Virus record (IMG/VR): IMGVR_UViG_3300049793_000099
Span: 1 to 64,000 of that record
DNA length: 64,000 nucleotides
Strand: one strand, 5' to 3'
From: a virus
Shown: positions 28,676 to 38,469 of the stretch, piece by piece
Numbering within the stretch: position 1 is the stretch's first letter
How the letters are laid out: every line of letters begins with the position of its first letter
Notes under the pieces: generated by a model
The model's input: the letters and a program-made list of their open reading frames with translations, nothing else
The model's database searches: none
What the model was told of the DNA's origin: nothing
Position numbers and translations under genes: made by a program

Positions 28676-29190
28676 GAAAAGTTAATAAACAATCTGAAGG
28701 TTATCAAACAAGAGCTCAGAAAAAAAAAGAAAGAAAAGAACTTAGAAGAAAATCACAAATGGAAAAGAAAATTTTAATTGGGATATATGATGATTATAGA
28801 CACGAAGGTTGTTTAAATGGAATACTAAATAAAATAAGCTGTAAATTAATAGGAGCGTATTCTACAGAACCTATTTATATAATGTATGATTTAAATGATG
28901 AAGGTTTAAACTGCGCTGTTCAAATCAATGGAAATAATTCTATTAAAGTAGAAGTTTGGGAAGTAAATGAAATATTTTTAGACAGAATAGAAAGAAGTTA
29001 TAATTATTATTCAGATTTTGATGAATACCTACAAGATTATATAAAAGAAAAAACATTATCTCCATTTGGTGAAATTTCAATGTATTTTATAAATGAAATT
29101 AAACCTGAAGATAAAATTGTAATTAGTGGAGATTGGATTGAATATTTGAACTATAAAAAAGTAATGGGAAATAAATCGTTAACATTATAA
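28672..29190 (+). CDS. Divergent gamma-glutamylcyclotransferase (AIG2-like)
   Basis: Aligns by eye with the next gene (STEP.Y, NGN.SI..EV.EV, SGDW.EY), but YGSL is replaced by YDDY. Confidence 0.7.
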   Translation: MRKVNKQSEGYQTRAQKKKERKELRRKSQMEKKILIGIYDDYRHEGCLNGILNKISCKLIGAYSTEPIYIMYDLNDEGLNCAVQINGNNSIKVEVWEVNEIFLDRIERSYNYYSDFDEYLQDYIKEKTLSPFGEISMYFINEIKPEDKIVISGDWIEYLNYKKVMGNKSLTL

Positions 29191-29606
29191 TGGAAAAAAA
29201 TAAATATTTAGTTGGGGTATACGGAAGTCTTCGTAAAACAATGTCTAATCATCAATATTATTTATCAGATTCTGAGTATAAAGGTACATTTTCAACAGAA
29301 CCAGAATATACTTTACATTCCCTATCTGCTTATCCAGGTTTAAAATTAAATGGAAACACTTCTATTATAATGGAAGTTTATGAAGTAGGTGAAGATACTT
29401 TAAGAAGTTTAAATCATTTAGAAGGTTATGATCCTAGAAAAATATCAAATTTTTACGATAGAATTGAAATTGATACTCCTTGGGGTAAAGCTTTTACATA
29501 TATTTATATAAGTGAATTATCAAAAGACTCTATTGTAGAATCTGGTGATTGGTGTGAATATAAAAAAGAAGAATTAAATGAGTGGTCAAATGTTACAAAT
29601 AATTAA
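29190..29606 (+). CDS. Gamma-glutamylcyclotransferase (AIG2-like)
   Basis: VYGSLR, YPGL, EVYEV, LNHLEGY, SGDW. Confidence 0.9.
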   Translation: MEKNKYLVGVYGSLRKTMSNHQYYLSDSEYKGTFSTEPEYTLHSLSAYPGLKLNGNTSIIMEVYEVGEDTLRSLNHLEGYDPRKISNFYDRIEIDTPWGKAFTYIYISELSKDSIVESGDWCEYKKEELNEWSNVTNN

Positions 29607-29623
29607 AAATAATAATAAAAATA

Positions 29624-30331
29624 ATGAATAATATAAAAAAGATCGCCATTGTGGGACATTTCACAGGTGAAAATAGTTTTGGAATTTCTAAACCATATTT
29701 ATTCTTTTGGCAACAATTTGGAGAAGTTTCTTTAATTTCACCATTTGAAACACATGTAAGAGATGTGGACTTATTAGTAATGCCAGGTGGTCAAGATATA
29801 GATCCATGTCGATATTTATCATCAGATGAAGATACTCATATATTTACAGGTTCTCCTTGTATGCAAAAAGAAAGATTTGATAGATTTCTATTACCTAAGT
29901 ATATCGAAGCTAAAATTCCCATATTCGGAATTTGTCGTGGACATCAAAGTTTAGCTGTTTATTTTAAAGCTAAATTAGTTCAACATATGTATCATGAAAC
30001 CAATCCATCTAATGATGGAGTTAAAACAATGCATAAAGTTATTGCTCCTGATTTTATTAAATATACAATTCCTACAATGCACAATTATGTTGATTTTAAT
30101 TTTGATGTAAATAGTAGACATCATCAAGTAGTTATGAATTGTCCTGAAAATGCAACAGTGATTGGTAGATATAACGGTGAAGAAAAACAACATTGGGAAG
30201 AAGGTTGTATTGAAGCATTATCTTATTTTCCAAATTATCCTGCACATACAGTTCAGTGGCATCCAGAAGATAAACAAGATGATTTTAGTATTAGATTAAT
30301 TAATCATTTATTAAATTTAAACAATGAATAA
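29624..30331 (+). CDS. Class I glutamine amidotransferase / peptidase C26
   Basis: PGGQDIDP, GICRGHQ, VNSRHHQ, VQWHPE. Confidence 0.92.
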   Translation: MNNIKKIAIVGHFTGENSFGISKPYLFFWQQFGEVSLISPFETHVRDVDLLVMPGGQDIDPCRYLSSDEDTHIFTGSPCMQKERFDRFLLPKYIEAKIPIFGICRGHQSLAVYFKAKLVQHMYHETNPSNDGVKTMHKVIAPDFIKYTIPTMHNYVDFNFDVNSRHHQVVMNCPENATVIGRYNGEEKQHWEEGCIEALSYFPNYPAHTVQWHPEDKQDDFSIRLINHLLNLNNE

Positions 30332-30717
30332 TGGAAGAGATTTTAATAAATTTTGAAACAGCTAAATTAGCTAAAGAAAAAGGTTTTAATGAAAAAGTTT
30401 ATAGAGAATATGATAAATTTGGATATTTAAGATGTACTTCTAAATCAGCAAATGTTGTATTAGGTCCTTATGAAGAATTGTTAAAAAGTACAGAATATTC
30501 AGCATCAACTCAATCCTTATTACAAAAATGGTTGAGAGAAGTTCATAAAATACATATTGATATTAGAACTAATGGCGCAAGTGGAGGTTGTTACTTTTTC
30601 TATTTATTTCAAACTAAAGTTCCTTTTTATACTTTATTTATATCTGAAAAAAATTCCGATACTTATGAAGAAGCGTTAGAATATGCATTAAAAGAATCTT
30701 TAAAATTAATAAAATAA
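30331..30717 (+). CDS. Hypothetical protein of a common phage family, inserted in the cluster
   Basis: FETAKLAKEKGF, TQSLLQKWLRE, TYEEALE. Confidence 0.7.
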   Translation: MEEILINFETAKLAKEKGFNEKVYREYDKFGYLRCTSKSANVVLGPYEELLKSTEYSASTQSLLQKWLREVHKIHIDIRTNGASGGCYFFYLFQTKVPFYTLFISEKNSDTYEEALEYALKESLKLIK

Positions 30718-30718
30718 T

Positions 30719-31537
30719 ATGAATAAATTAAAAAAATATAAACTATATCGTCCTTTAATACTAAGTCGTCATGGAACACACTCTATTTTAAGGGCTAAAA
30801 ATCAAACACTTCCATTATTACCATTTAGATCTGTAATACGTCTTGGATCGACAACAGAGAATACAGATGATAGATTGGAAATTAATACAGTTCAGGCAGT
30901 TAAAAACTCAGCTTCTAAATTATTAATGAAACAAAAATTTACTGAAGCTGGTGTTAAAACTGCTAATTGGACTTGTTATGTAGATTATCAATTGTGGAAA
31001 GAATTTATAGGAGAAAATGAATACCCTGTAGTAGCAAAATCTCATTTTGGTTCAAGAGGTATGGGAAACACTAAATTTAATACTGAAGAAGAATTTTTAA
31101 CTTGGTTACCAAATAAAAATCTTAATAATTATATATTTGAAAAGTTTGTTAAAATGACTAGAGAATATAGATTACATATAACTAAATTTGGTTGTTTTTA
31201 TACTTGTAGAAAATTAGTTAAAAGTGATGCACCTGAAGATACTTGGCAAAAACACGATGATGTTTGTAATTGGGTATTAGAAGAAAATCCATCATTTAAG
31301 AAACCTAAAAATTGGAATGATATTGTAGCAGATTGTGTTAAAGCAAAAGAAGTTTTAGGGTTAGATATTTGCGCATTTGATGTAGGTGTTCAAGGTGCTA
31401 TAGATGGAGTTGAAAGAGAAAATCCAGAATGGGTTATATTTGAGTCATGTTCAGCACCAAGCTTCGGAAATGTTACAAGTCAAAAATATATAGAAATTTT
31501 ACCAAAATTATTAATAGATAAATATAATAATAAATGA
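30719..31537 (+). CDS. ATP-grasp ligase (RimK/phiEco32-like)
   Basis: YPVVAKSHFGSRGMG, EYRLH, LGLDICAFDV, FESCSAPS. Confidence 0.88.
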   Translation: MNKLKKYKLYRPLILSRHGTHSILRAKNQTLPLLPFRSVIRLGSTTENTDDRLEINTVQAVKNSASKLLMKQKFTEAGVKTANWTCYVDYQLWKEFIGENEYPVVAKSHFGSRGMGNTKFNTEEEFLTWLPNKNLNNYIFEKFVKMTREYRLHITKFGCFYTCRKLVKSDAPEDTWQKHDDVCNWVLEENPSFKKPKNWNDIVADCVKAKEVLGLDICAFDVGVQGAIDGVERENPEWVIFESCSAPSFGNVTSQKYIEILPKLLIDKYNNK

Positions 31538-32475
31538 ATCCAGAATTAATAGAAAAAATAAAATCATATCAATTAGATAAAGATACTTTAAAATCGACGA
31601 TTAAAGTATTTTTAAATGGTTATATATCTACAATATTGTATGCTGAAATTGAGGGTGAACAAATTGTAGAAAAAGTAGAAACAATTTACAATTATTTACA
31701 AAATATTATTAAAGAACCTGAAATAAAACAAACTTTAAATATCGTAATTGCAGACAATACTTCATCTTTAGACTATGTATCATATTTAAATCAAAAATAT
31801 GAAGTTACTGTTCATAAAACAGTAGATGTAAAAAATCCAAAAGATATTGATTTAGTATTGTTTACAGGTGGAGAAGATGTTAATCCCGCATATTATTGTG
31901 AAAATATTGGTAAATTTACAAGTATTAATAAATCTAGAGATGATAAAGAAATAGATACTTTTCATAAATTTAAAGGATATTCCTTTTTATTTGGTGTATG
32001 TCGAGGGTCACAATTATTGACAGTTTTAAGTGGAGGAAAATTAATCCAACACGTGGAAGGTCATTGTAAAGATCATTCAATGGTTTTAAATAATAGATCA
32101 AGTTATAACATAACATCATCACATCATCAAATGTTATATCCATTTGATCTAAATGAAAAAAATTATGAATTAATTGCTTATTCTGAATATTTTCAAAGTA
32201 AAACTTATCTTAATGGAGATAATGAGGAAATTGAATTACCAAAAAACTTTTTAGAACCTGAAATTATTTATTATAAAAGTACAAATGCTTTAGTAATTCA
32301 AGGACACCCTGAATGGAGTCATTGTGAAAAAAGAACCTCTTCGATGTGTTTAAATTTAATTGATAAATATTTAAAAGAATTTAAAAACAATAAAAAAACT
32401 ATCAATCCTCTTTATCATATTCCATCAAATATTAATGATTTAAAATATGGTGATAATTATTATGAAAAAAAATGA
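31534..32475 (+). CDS. Second class I glutamine amidotransferase with N-terminal extension
   Basis: FTGGEDVNP, GVCRGSQ, SSHHQM, QGHPE. Confidence 0.9.
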   Translation: MNPELIEKIKSYQLDKDTLKSTIKVFLNGYISTILYAEIEGEQIVEKVETIYNYLQNIIKEPEIKQTLNIVIADNTSSLDYVSYLNQKYEVTVHKTVDVKNPKDIDLVLFTGGEDVNPAYYCENIGKFTSINKSRDDKEIDTFHKFKGYSFLFGVCRGSQLLTVLSGGKLIQHVEGHCKDHSMVLNNRSSYNITSSHHQMLYPFDLNEKNYELIAYSEYFQSKTYLNGDNEEIELPKNFLEPEIIYYKSTNALVIQGHPEWSHCEKRTSSMCLNLIDKYLKEFKNNKKTINPLYHIPSNINDLKYGDNYYEKK

Positions 32476-32546
32476 AGAAGAATGGGGAGATGATTATAAT
32501 TGGGAAATCATTGAAAAAGAACCAGAACAAGTTTAATAAAAAAAAT

Positions 32547-33353
32547 ATGAAAATTAAAAATATCACTTTAGGTACAGATCCAGAATTATTTCTACAAAAA
32601 GATAATAAAATTATTTCAGCAATTGGTAAAATTGGGGGTTCTAAATCGGAACCCCAACCGATTTCAGAAGATGGTCATTTTATTCAAGAAGACAATGTTG
32701 CAATTGAATATAACATTCCACCTTGTAAAACACTTATTGACTGGATATATCATAATAATTTTGTTAAGGATTATTTAGAAGTATTAGTTTCAGGAATGGG
32801 TTGTACATTAGCAATTAATGCTTCTGCAATATTAGATGAATCTGAGTTAAACAATGATATTGCGCGTCTTGCAGGTTGTGAACCAGATTTTGATGTATGG
32901 AATGAATGTATTAATGAACCTGCAGATTTAAGTGCTACAAGTATGAGAAGTGCTGGAGGACATATTTCAATTGGTTGGGATGAACCTACACAAGATCAAC
33001 AAATTGATATGGTTAAAGCTATGGATGCTATAATTGGATTAGAATCTATATTATTAGATACCGATACAGAACGTAAAAAACTTTATGGTAAAGCAGGTTG
33101 TTTTAGATTTAGGGAGTATGGAATTGAATATAGAAGTTTATCAAATTTCTGGATTAAAACTGATGAATCTTTACAATGGGCTTGGAATACAACAATGAAA
33201 GCTATCGATTTAGTTAATTCTGGTAAAATTGAAAAAGTTAAAAAACACGGAAATAGAATTGTTGAAGCAATTAATACTAATAATAAAGATTTAGCATTAG
33301 AGTTATTAAATGAATTTTCAAAAATTCAAGAAAAAGAATTACAAATAAATTAA
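32547..33353 (+). CDS. phiEco32-like COOH-NH2 ligase type 2 (start revised to 32547)
   Basis: LGTDPELF, QEDNVAIEYN, GCEPD, RSAGGHI, YGKAG, EYRSLSNFW. Confidence 0.9.
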   Translation: MKIKNITLGTDPELFLQKDNKIISAIGKIGGSKSEPQPISEDGHFIQEDNVAIEYNIPPCKTLIDWIYHNNFVKDYLEVLVSGMGCTLAINASAILDESELNNDIARLAGCEPDFDVWNECINEPADLSATSMRSAGGHISIGWDEPTQDQQIDMVKAMDAIIGLESILLDTDTERKKLYGKAGCFRFREYGIEYRSLSNFWIKTDESLQWAWNTTMKAIDLVNSGKIEKVKKHGNRIVEAINTNNKDLALELLNEFSKIQEKELQIN

Positions 33354-33366
33354 AAAAATAAAACAT

Positions 33367-35217
33367 ATGTGTGGAATTTTTGGAATGTCTACAAATAAAC
33401 CTGAAAATTTAGATGTTAATGGTGTACATATTTTAGGTATTTATAATATAGAAAGAGGTAGAATGTCTTGTGGATTATCATGGGATGGTGATGTACAATA
33501 TGGACTTGGTTTTGATAAATTATATACAGATTTTATTGTAGATAGGGAAATTAAACCTATTAAAATACCTATTATGATTGGTCATACTAGACAACCTAGT
33601 TATGGTTTCGCAATTACAGAAGATAATGCTCATCCATTTGGATTTGGTACAAGTAAAAATAAGGAAGGATATGAGATGATTTTCTGTCATAATGGAACTT
33701 TAAAAAATCATAAAGAATTAGCTAAAAAATATAATATTGATTTAACTGAAAAAATTCAAAAATTATCGTACGATGGTCATTGTTATGAAACAACTCGTGA
33801 TAAAATTGATAGTGAAGTATTAGGTGAAATATTATATAAAACAAAAAAATTTCATGTTTTAAGTGAATATATTGGAGCTGCTGCTTTAGCTTGGACTTGG
33901 ATTGATGAACCAAATAAATTATATTTATGGTCAGGTGCTTCTAAAACAACACAAGGTTCTTTTACAGTTACAGAAGTAGAAGAAAGACCAATGAATGTTT
34001 ATTGTAAAAATGAAAACAGCATGTTCTTTTCATCTTTAAAAGATAGTTTGACTGTTTTAGGTGCATCAAAAAAAGATGATTTACAAATAGATTATAATAC
34101 TGTTTATATTATTACAGATGGTGATTTTGTAAGTGCTGAAAAACATAAAGTTAGTCGGCTGCAAGCAGGACAAAATGAAAATATCACGTATAATCAAAAA
34201 TATAGTAGATATGATTATGGAAATGAAAATTATTGTGATTGGGAAGATGTGAGATCTCAAAATTTAAATAAAATTTCAACTGATGTTAATACAGCAAAAA
34301 ATTCAATGATTAATTTACAAAATGATAAACTAATTCACCCTATTACATATTATAAAAATAAAGTTTATTGTAAAAGTTTAAGATATTGGGAAAATGATTC
34401 TCTTATAAATGGAGTTTATCTCTATATTAAAAATTGGGGTTTCAAGTTTGCAGGGATTGACACTTTTACAGCAAACGCTTATGTTAAAATTATAAAAGGT
34501 TTAGCTTTTGATTATAAAGAAGGAACTTTTAATTTTAATATGTCAAATAAAGAAGGTTTTATACCATTTGAAAAAGATGTTAAAAATATACAATTTCATT
34601 ATTTTACAGATGGTGTTTTATTAAAAACTTTAGAAGATTACAATAGATCTGTAATTTTAAATAAAGATTTAAAAAATTCTGTAAAATGTATTGATTATCA
34701 AATGTTATCTTATATTTCTAAACATCCTATAATTGATATAAATTCTACAAAAACACCTTCTGTTGCAATGTTTGATGGTAAATCTTTTACTGGAAATATA
34801 ACAGAACTAGGATTTGAAAAAATATATTATTTTAATAACGGCATATTTGTAAAATGGGTAAAAAGAGAAGACTTAATAACTAAAATTGAAACACCTGTTA
34901 TAATATTACCTAGTGTTATAGAGTCAAGTAAGTTTGATAAAGAATTAATTAATAATTCTATTAAATCTATTAAAGATTTTGAAAAAAATAATGAAAAAGT
35001 TTTTAATTCAGAAATAATTACTAAAGAATTAGAGGATGAAGTTTTTATTTCAGAGTTAATTTTAGAATGTTTTGAAAAACATGCTGAAGAAGTATCTGAA
35101 ACAATTATTGAACTTTCTGATTGGAAAGATAATGAAAATGTTAAAACCGCAATAAATACACTAAATCTAATAAATCATACTTTAAAAGATTTTGTCGAAA
35201 AACCTAATACAAAATAA
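33367..35217 (+). CDS. Class II (Ntn) glutamine amidotransferase with long C-terminal region
   Basis: MCGIFG, RG, GHTR, HPF, HNG, DSE. Confidence 0.9.
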   Translation: MCGIFGMSTNKPENLDVNGVHILGIYNIERGRMSCGLSWDGDVQYGLGFDKLYTDFIVDREIKPIKIPIMIGHTRQPSYGFAITEDNAHPFGFGTSKNKEGYEMIFCHNGTLKNHKELAKKYNIDLTEKIQKLSYDGHCYETTRDKIDSEVLGEILYKTKKFHVLSEYIGAAALAWTWIDEPNKLYLWSGASKTTQGSFTVTEVEERPMNVYCKNENSMFFSSLKDSLTVLGASKKDDLQIDYNTVYIITDGDFVSAEKHKVSRLQAGQNENITYNQKYSRYDYGNENYCDWEDVRSQNLNKISTDVNTAKNSMINLQNDKLIHPITYYKNKVYCKSLRYWENDSLINGVYLYIKNWGFKFAGIDTFTANAYVKIIKGLAFDYKEGTFNFNMSNKEGFIPFEKDVKNIQFHYFTDGVLLKTLEDYNRSVILNKDLKNSVKCIDYQMLSYISKHPIIDINSTKTPSVAMFDGKSFTGNITELGFEKIYYFNNGIFVKWVKREDLITKIETPVIILPSVIESSKFDKELINNSIKSIKDFEKNNEKVFNSEIITKELEDEVFISELILECFEKHAEEVSETIIELSDWKDNENVKTAINTLNLINHTLKDFVEKPNTK

Positions 35218-35219
35218 AA

Positions 35220-37013
35220 ATGAGTGCTGAAAAAAAAGTAATTACAATAAAAAGTGAGGAATTACCTATTTCTAAATGTAGAAAATTTAATACTCTTTAT
35301 TATAAAATAGGAGATATTAATATTAAAAATTCAGGGGATTGTTATCTAATTAATGGTAAATGTTATAGAGAAGAAACTGGTTTAATTGTTTATAATCATA
35401 GTATAAATAAATATGTTATTTTAGATAATACTTTAATTAGAGGTGTTGTTGATATACTAGAAGATGAATTAATTATAGGTTATTTTAATAATAATTTAAA
35501 ATATTCAAAAGTTATAGATAAAGAAGATAATTCTTTTTATTTATATAATTCAAAAATTTTTAAAAATAATAAAGAATATAGGGAAAAATTATCTAGTGGA
35601 GATTTTTATCACATATCAAAACTTTCCGCGTCTAAATTTAATATAATATATTTTCCAAATAAAGATTATAAACATAGTTTACCATATGACTCAAAGGGAA
35701 TTATCGAACATCATTTAAAAGGGTATAAAGAGTATAATCCTGAAATTTCAAACAATATTAAAAATTATGCACCTTTATTAGAAACTTTATCGTTTGGTTT
35801 AGAATTTGAAACATCAAAAGGTTTTATTCCAAATAGAATACTTGATCAATACGGATTAATTCCTTTAAGAGATGGTTCTATATCAGGTATTGAATATGTT
35901 ACTATCCCTATGGAAGGTGAAAAAGGTTTACAATGTACTGTAGATATTCTTAAGGTATTGAAAGAAAGAACTGAGTATGAGGATAATACTTGTTCATTGC
36001 ATTTACATTTAGGTAATATTCCAAGAACAAAAGAATTCATATTGGCATTTTTTAAAGTTGGTATGAAAATACAAGATGAAATGTTTCAAATGTTTCCTTT
36101 ATATAAAAAATATAATTATCATATTAAAAATAAAAATTATTCTGCACCATTACCAACATTTGAAATTTTATCTCAATTAGATCCTATTATCACTTCTGAT
36201 AATATTGATTTTAATTTTGGAATATTGTACAAATATTTATCTATGGGTCAAGATTTCAAATCTGTTGGTAATGATCTTAATAATGTTGTGGCACATCCAG
36301 CAGATCCTAATGGTAATCAAAAATGGTTAGTCAAATGTCGTTATTTTTTATATAATGTAGTTCCATTAATCTTTGGTAATAAACAAACTATAGAATTTAG
36401 AATTCACACTCCTACTTATGATATAAATAAAATATTACCTTTTATTTTCATGAATAGTTTGATAGTTAATTTTACGATAAAGCACCAAGAAAGAATTTTG
36501 AGAAACAAAGATTTTTTAAATCAATTTGATTTATTTGGTATTTTAAGTAATCAAACGGAAGAGTATGATATTTTATGTGGAAGTAAATTTAGAGATTTAA
36601 TGTATAATTATATTGAAAAAAGAAAAAATTATTGTGAAAGTCAAATATTAAAAGGTAATATTTTAGGTACTGAATCTGAAATACCTGCACCAATGGATAT
36701 TAATTGGATAAGTAATCAAGAAGAAAAAAAGAATTCTTTTTTTAAACAACACAGTCCAAAACCTTTACCAAAACTGAAAGTGCAAAATAATTACGATAAA
36801 GGTATGGACACTATAAGAAAACCTATAGTTGTTTCTGAACATCAAGAATTATATAATTGGGAGAATAATATAAAACCTATACTTTTTAATAATTCAAGTT
36901 TTAAAGATGCAACGGAAACCAAAATTAATGTAGGTATTAAATCTCAAATAGAAAAATTAGAACAATCTCTAATAGCAGAGTTTAAAACACAAGCCTATGA
37001 CCTCCCTTACTAA
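35220..37013 (+). CDS. Putative amidoligase (glutamine-synthetase-like fold)
   Basis: FGLEFET, RDGS, EYVT, CSLHLHLG, TIEFRIH. Confidence 0.85.
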   Translation: MSAEKKVITIKSEELPISKCRKFNTLYYKIGDINIKNSGDCYLINGKCYREETGLIVYNHSINKYVILDNTLIRGVVDILEDELIIGYFNNNLKYSKVIDKEDNSFYLYNSKIFKNNKEYREKLSSGDFYHISKLSASKFNIIYFPNKDYKHSLPYDSKGIIEHHLKGYKEYNPEISNNIKNYAPLLETLSFGLEFETSKGFIPNRILDQYGLIPLRDGSISGIEYVTIPMEGEKGLQCTVDILKVLKERTEYEDNTCSLHLHLGNIPRTKEFILAFFKVGMKIQDEMFQMFPLYKKYNYHIKNKNYSAPLPTFEILSQLDPIITSDNIDFNFGILYKYLSMGQDFKSVGNDLNNVVAHPADPNGNQKWLVKCRYFLYNVVPLIFGNKQTIEFRIHTPTYDINKILPFIFMNSLIVNFTIKHQERILRNKDFLNQFDLFGILSNQTEEYDILCGSKFRDLMYNYIEKRKNYCESQILKGNILGTESEIPAPMDINWISNQEEKKNSFFKQHSPKPLPKLKVQNNYDKGMDTIRKPIVVSEHQELYNWENNIKPILFNNSSFKDATETKINVGIKSQIEKLEQSLIAEFKTQAYDLPY

Positions 37014-37698
37014 AAATATAAATGGTTTTAATTGGAAAAAAGAATTAAATTTAGAATGGTCAACAGCTTTATCTGATTTATTAGAATCTGATTATTCAAA
37101 ACATCTAAGTAATTTTATAGAACAAGTTTATCTATCTGATAAAGAAATTTATCCTATAAAAAATAGATTATTTATACCTTTTAAAAGATGTTCTTTAAAA
37201 GATGTTAAAATTGTGGTAATTGATAATAGACCTGTTAAAGATATTAGATCATCAGGTATAGGTAGAGGTATGCAAGAATCTTCAATATTAATTAAAGATT
37301 TACCTAGAGAATTAAGAGAATTTAGAGATTGTATTTATGAAACAATATATGGAAATCAATATAGTATAACTAATTTTGATAATAGTCTTGATGATTATTG
37401 TGATGAAGATATGTTATTTTTAAATTGTTCGATGTGTGTTGAAAAAGATAAAGATTATACAATTATTTGGAAACATTTTATTCGTAATGTAATTCAAGAA
37501 ATTAATAAAAAAAAAGAAAATGTTGTATATTTATTTTTAACAGGTGATAATTTAGATTTATGTGAGTATATTAATGGAGATAAAAACAAAATTATAATAA
37601 ATCCATTTTCAATATTAATGAGTTATTCAACTATTTTTACAGAATTAGATGAATATATAGAAGAAAATTATCCACAATTTAATAGGATTTCATGGTAG
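36997..37698 (+). CDS. Uracil-DNA glycosylase-like protein with degenerate active site
   Basis: IYP...LF.PF...DVKIVVI, LFLN, W..F...VI, VYLF; GQDPY is replaced by DNRPV and HPS by NPF. Confidence 0.75.
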   Translation: MTSLTKNINGFNWKKELNLEWSTALSDLLESDYSKHLSNFIEQVYLSDKEIYPIKNRLFIPFKRCSLKDVKIVVIDNRPVKDIRSSGIGRGMQESSILIKDLPRELREFRDCIYETIYGNQYSITNFDNSLDDYCDEDMLFLNCSMCVEKDKDYTIIWKHFIRNVIQEINKKKENVVYLFLTGDNLDLCEYINGDKNKIIINPFSILMSYSTIFTELDEYIEENYPQFNRISW

Positions 37699-38168
37699 AA
37701 AATGAATTAATTTGGATTCCTTACAATACTCCAGCACTTAAAAACTCAAAAGTTAAAACAAGTAGAGGTATATTTAGTTCTCCAACTGTTAAAAAGTATT
37801 TAAGAAAATTAGGAATCCAAAGTTATTCTTCTAATAGAAAAACAGTATTAGGATATGTTACAAGACCAAATCGATTTGAACAACTTCGAAAACAATTTGA
37901 AAAAGCATTATTAAATAAAGGATTTCCTATATTAATATGTTTTCATTTTATTCGAGATAGTAAAAGATTATTTGATTTTGGTAATGCAACAGAAATTATA
38001 TTCGATTTACTTACAGCACACGATATTATTCCTGACGACAATGTATCATTTATATTCCCATCAATCATGACAGTTGATGGGATTTTACCAAATGAAAACA
38101 ATATTAGAGAATTGGAATGGTATTCGATTAATAAAGAAGAAAGTGGAGTTTGGATTAAAATAATTTAA
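37692..38168 (+). CDS. RusA-like Holliday junction resolvase
   Basis: P.LKNS, R.FDFGN...DLL...IIPDDN. Confidence 0.75.
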   Translation: MVENELIWIPYNTPALKNSKVKTSRGIFSSPTVKKYLRKLGIQSYSSNRKTVLGYVTRPNRFEQLRKQFEKALLNKGFPILICFHFIRDSKRLFDFGNATEIIFDLLTAHDIIPDDNVSFIFPSIMTVDGILPNENNIRELEWYSINKEESGVWIKII

Positions 38169-38178
38169 TTAAATAAAA

Positions 38179-38469
38179 ATGAAAAAAGAACTATTACAAA
38201 AAATTAGTAGATTATGTTGTTTTGCTTTAAGTGATAAAGAATGTATTAAATTACAATCGTATTTAATTGTAGAAGATTACGCATCTGCTAGATTATATTT
38301 AGATAAACTTATTGAAAATATTGAATGGACTTTAGCATTTGATGAAAATGATGAAGTTATTAAAAAACAATTAATAGATAGTAATTCACTAATGGATTTA
38401 GTAATAGAACTAACAATTGTAAATGAAAGAGATGAAGGAAACGAACAAGTTGGAACAATTACTCAATGA
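38179..38469 (+). CDS. Hypothetical protein
   Basis: ORF track. Confidence 0.55.
   Translation: MKKELLQKISRLCCFALSDKECIKLQSYLIVEDYASARLYLDKLIENIEWTLAFDENDEVIKKQLIDSNSLMDLVIELTIVNERDEGNEQVGTITQ

Noticed and set aside
32472-32546. Track start of the COOH-NH2 ligase
   Set aside because: The family motif begins at MKIKNITLGTDPE (32547), which has an A-rich leader
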